A DNA stretch of 18,991 nucleotides. Source: Gemmatimonadota bacterium. GTDB taxonomy: Bacteria; Gemmatimonadota; Gemmatimonadetes; Gemmatimonadales; GWC2-71-9. A model generated the notes under the pieces. It was not told the origin of the DNA, ran no database searches, and saw only the letters and a program-made list of their open reading frames with translations. Shown one piece after another: positions 16,468 through 18,991 of this stretch. Location of the stretch: contig QHTZ01000088.1 in the NCBI GenBank assembly GCA_003221005.1, positions 1-18,991 on the forward strand, written 5' to 3'. The translations under genes were made by a program, and so were the position numbers. The first letter of the stretch is position 1. Each line of letters opens with the position of its first letter.

Positions 16468-18738
16468 TCAGCGGCGCGCCAGTGCCTCGAGGCGAACCGC
16501 CGCCGAGTCGACGAGCGCTGCCGTGGCGACGAGGGCGCCGCCTACCACCCGGACCTGCTCCTCAGCTTCACTCCAGCGCCGCTGCTCGATCGCTTCCCGC
16601 ACGCCGGGGACGGTCTTCACGCCGTAGCCGGTGTAGCGACCCGGAGCGTAGAGGAGATGCCGGAACCAGGGCCGGCCGGGGAGCCCGCCTGGCCGCGTGA
16701 GCGTGCGCTCGCTCCGCAGCAACAACTCATTTACGCCGCCCGCGTCGGGGCGGCCCAGGGCGGCGCCCCCGTCGGCCTGCGCCGTGGCGAGGGCCCGCTC
16801 GTAGCGAGCCGCGCTCCGCGCGAGCGCGTCGGCGCCGTTTTCGAGCGGCGCGAAGTTGAGATGCGGCGGCAGCGACTCGGGGCGGGGCGGCACCGACGTC
16901 ACCCGCGGGTCGGCGGTCGCCGTGAAGACGCCCTCCTCCAGCTCACGGTTCCGCTCGCGGACCTCGTCCAGCTGCTTCGTCCAGAGTTCGCGCAGGTCCG
17001 CGGCGTAGCGGTGCACCGTTTCCGCCAGGTTCGTGAAGTCGTACGGCAGGATCTCCGCATCAGCCATGCGCATCACGGCCGTCCCCATGGTCTGAGAGAG
17101 CGCGCGCTCGTAGACGAACGACGTGTCGTCGAAGTGGGTGTACCAGTAGAAGTCGTCGTAGATGGAATGGTAGATGCCGCCGCCCGTCTCGCCCCCGTAA
17201 CCCAGGTTCAGCGCGGCGATGCCGGCATGTTGCAGGAACGGTGTGTAATCCGACCCGGATCCCAGGGCGTCGATGCGCAAGTCTTCCCGCTCGCGCACAT
17301 CGCGGCGCTCCTCTGCCGAGGGAGCCAGGGCGATGCGCCGCAGCTGCTCGCGCTTCCAGACGCTGAGGCCCGTTTCCGGATCGCTGATCTCGCGCGCCAC
17401 GGCGTTGATGAACTTCTCCAGGCTGTGGCTGCCGGCCAGGGAGAGGTAGCCGCGGCCGTTGGTGTCGCTGTTCAAGTAGGCGATGGCGCGGGTGGCGAGC
17501 TCGTCGGCGTGCGCCTCGACCCACTCCGTCGAGCCGAGCAGGCCCGGTTCCTCCCCATCCCACGCCGCGTAGATGATCGTGCGTCGCGGGCGCCACCCCT
17601 GCCGCACGAGCGCCCCGAGCGCGCGTGCTTCGTCGAGCAGCGCAACCTGCCCCGACAGCGGATCCTGAGCGCCATTGACCCAGGCGTCGTGGTGGTTGCC
17701 CCGGATGATCCACTGATCCGGCGCGCCGGTGCCGGGGATCCGCGCGATCACGTCGTACAGCGTGCGGGTGCTCCAGTCGGAGCGCACGCGCAGATGCACT
17801 TTCGCCGGGCCAGGGCCGACGTGGTATGTGATCCCAAGGCCGCCGCGCCACTCTGGAGGCGCCACGGGCCCGCGCACCGCCGCGAGGAGCGGCTGTGCGT
17901 CGCCGTAGGAGATCGGCAGCACCGGGATCTTGGTCAGCGTAGGCGCGTCCGCGAGTGCAAGGCGCTTCGCCGCGCGCGTCGCCCCGACCCCCGGGGTGAG
18001 TGGATCGCCGGGGTAGAGCGGCATGTCCATGACGCTGCCGCGCTGCACCCCATCCTGCGGCCGCCACGGCCCCTGCGGGAACACGTCCCCGGCCTGGTAG
18101 CCGTCGTCCCGCGGATCGGAATAGATGAGACACCCCACCGCGCCGTGCTCGCCCGCCACTTTCGGCTTGATGCCCCGCCACGACCCGCCGTAGCGGGCGA
18201 TGACGATCGCCCCCTTCACGGACACGCCCATGCGCTCCAGGCGCTCGTAGTCCGCGGGAACCCCGTAGTTGACGTACACGAGTGGCCCCGTGACGTCGCC
18301 GTCCGCCGAGTAGGCGTTGTAGGTGGGGAGCTGCTCCTGCTGCTGGGACGACGTGGGGTCACCCGCTACGGGGCCCTCGACGAGGCGGGCCGCGAACTTT
18401 GTCGGCTGCACGAGCTCCACCGCGCGCTCGCGCGGCGTGGGGAACAGCACCTCGAAGTTCTCGATGGCGGCGTCGAGACCCCACGACCGGAAGCGCGCGA
18501 GAATCCATTCGGCGTTCGCCTTGTCGTAGGGGGAGCCCACGTGGTGCGGCCGGGCGGAGAGGTGCCGCATCGTCTCCCGCAGCGTGTCAGGGCTCGAGAT
18601 CGCACGGAACTTGGCTTCCCAGTCCCGCTCGATCCGGGACGCGGGTGCGCCGTAGCCGCGCAGGGCCGGCGGCTCCTCGGGCACGGCGACGAGCAGGACG
18701 ACGACCAATGACCCGAGCGACTGCACCGACGCGCGCAT
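16468..18738 (-). CDS. M28 family peptidase, glutamate carboxypeptidase II/transferrin-receptor-like (PA domain and dimerisation domain)
   Basis: ATG 18738 with GAGGTGAT RBS; signal peptide; VYVNYG, IYSDP, GNHHDAW, GAQDPLSG, WDGEE, YLNSD, GSDY and YHSIYD motifs. Confidence 0.93.
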   Translation of the reverse strand: MRASVQSLGSLVVVLLVAVPEEPPALRGYGAPASRIERDWEAKFRAISSPDTLRETMRHLSARPHHVGSPYDKANAEWILARFRSWGLDAAIENFEVLFPTPRERAVELVQPTKFAARLVEGPVAGDPTSSQQQEQLPTYNAYSADGDVTGPLVYVNYGVPADYERLERMGVSVKGAIVIARYGGSWRGIKPKVAGEHGAVGCLIYSDPRDDGYQAGDVFPQGPWRPQDGVQRGSVMDMPLYPGDPLTPGVGATRAAKRLALADAPTLTKIPVLPISYGDAQPLLAAVRGPVAPPEWRGGLGITYHVGPGPAKVHLRVRSDWSTRTLYDVIARIPGTGAPDQWIIRGNHHDAWVNGAQDPLSGQVALLDEARALGALVRQGWRPRRTIIYAAWDGEEPGLLGSTEWVEAHADELATRAIAYLNSDTNGRGYLSLAGSHSLEKFINAVAREISDPETGLSVWKREQLRRIALAPSAEERRDVREREDLRIDALGSGSDYTPFLQHAGIAALNLGYGGETGGGIYHSIYDDFYWYTHFDDTSFVYERALSQTMGTAVMRMADAEILPYDFTNLAETVHRYAADLRELWTKQLDEVRERNRELEEGVFTATADPRVTSVPPRPESLPPHLNFAPLENGADALARSAARYERALATAQADGGAALGRPDAGGVNELLLRSERTLTRPGGLPGRPWFRHLLYAPGRYTGYGVKTVPGVREAIEQRRWSEAEEQVRVVGGALVATAALVDSAAVRLEALARR

Positions 18739-18904
18739 ATCACCTCGGCCGCTGATGGACACGGCAACCCTGCATGGGCCGCGCGCCCGCGTCAAGCGGC
18801 AGCCGCGCCTTGTCAGAGCGCGTCGCGGCGCGTATCTCCGTACGTCATTCCCATGGCCTTCGTGGGGTCGTTCATGACTGCGACGAGCTGAACGAGGACC
18901 TCCC

Positions 18905-18991
18905 GTGTCACGCTCCGGCCTGCTGATCGGACTCGCCGTTCTCGCCCCTGGCGCGCCACCCCTCTGCCGGGGCCAAGCCGCGCAGACACCG
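18905..18991 (+). CDS. Probable start of a divergently transcribed exported protein (truncated by the window end)
   Basis: GAGGA RBS then GTG: MSRSGLLIGLAVLAPGAPPLCRGQAAQTP..., which resembles a signal peptide. Confidence 0.45.
   Translation, partial: MSRSGLLIGLAVLAPGAPPLCRGQAAQTP

Noticed and set aside
16657-18711. Long + strand ORFs (also 2324-3811, 1206-2339 and others)
   Set aside because: They are antisense shadows of well-supported minus-strand genes, common in high-GC DNA, with no recognisable motifs.
18944-18952. GCCCCTGGC matching the tRNA-Phe 3' end (possible att site)
   Set aside because: It is only 9 bp in GC-rich DNA and lies inside a probable CDS, so it is expected by chance.

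Overview
GC-rich bacterial window, probably Gemmatimonadota. That assignment is inferred from gene content and style and cannot be verified here. Almost all genes are on the minus strand. Reading in transcription order (high to low coordinates): an M28/glutamate carboxypeptidase II-like peptidase, an amicyanin-like cupredoxin, a PAP2 phosphatase, a truncated tyrosine integrase abutting tRNA-Phe(GAA) on the + strand, an FkbM methyltransferase, upp, a SatD-family gene plus a DUF3307/SatE-like membrane gene, a YdcF/DUF218 protein, a NUDIX hydrolase, an ECF sigma with a zinc-binding anti-sigma, the overlapping run holA-SPOR-mutS-tonB-like-cbs-ddl, a rhomboid protease, and a partial hypothetical gene. 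The best candidate for an undescribed system is the SatD (nucleotide-cyclase-like domain plus HTH) and membrane-protein pair. It has its own AT-rich near-consensus promoter (TTGACA-17-TAAAGT) clamped by two TGAC-N7-GTCA palindromes, suggesting an autoregulated nucleotide-signalling module.
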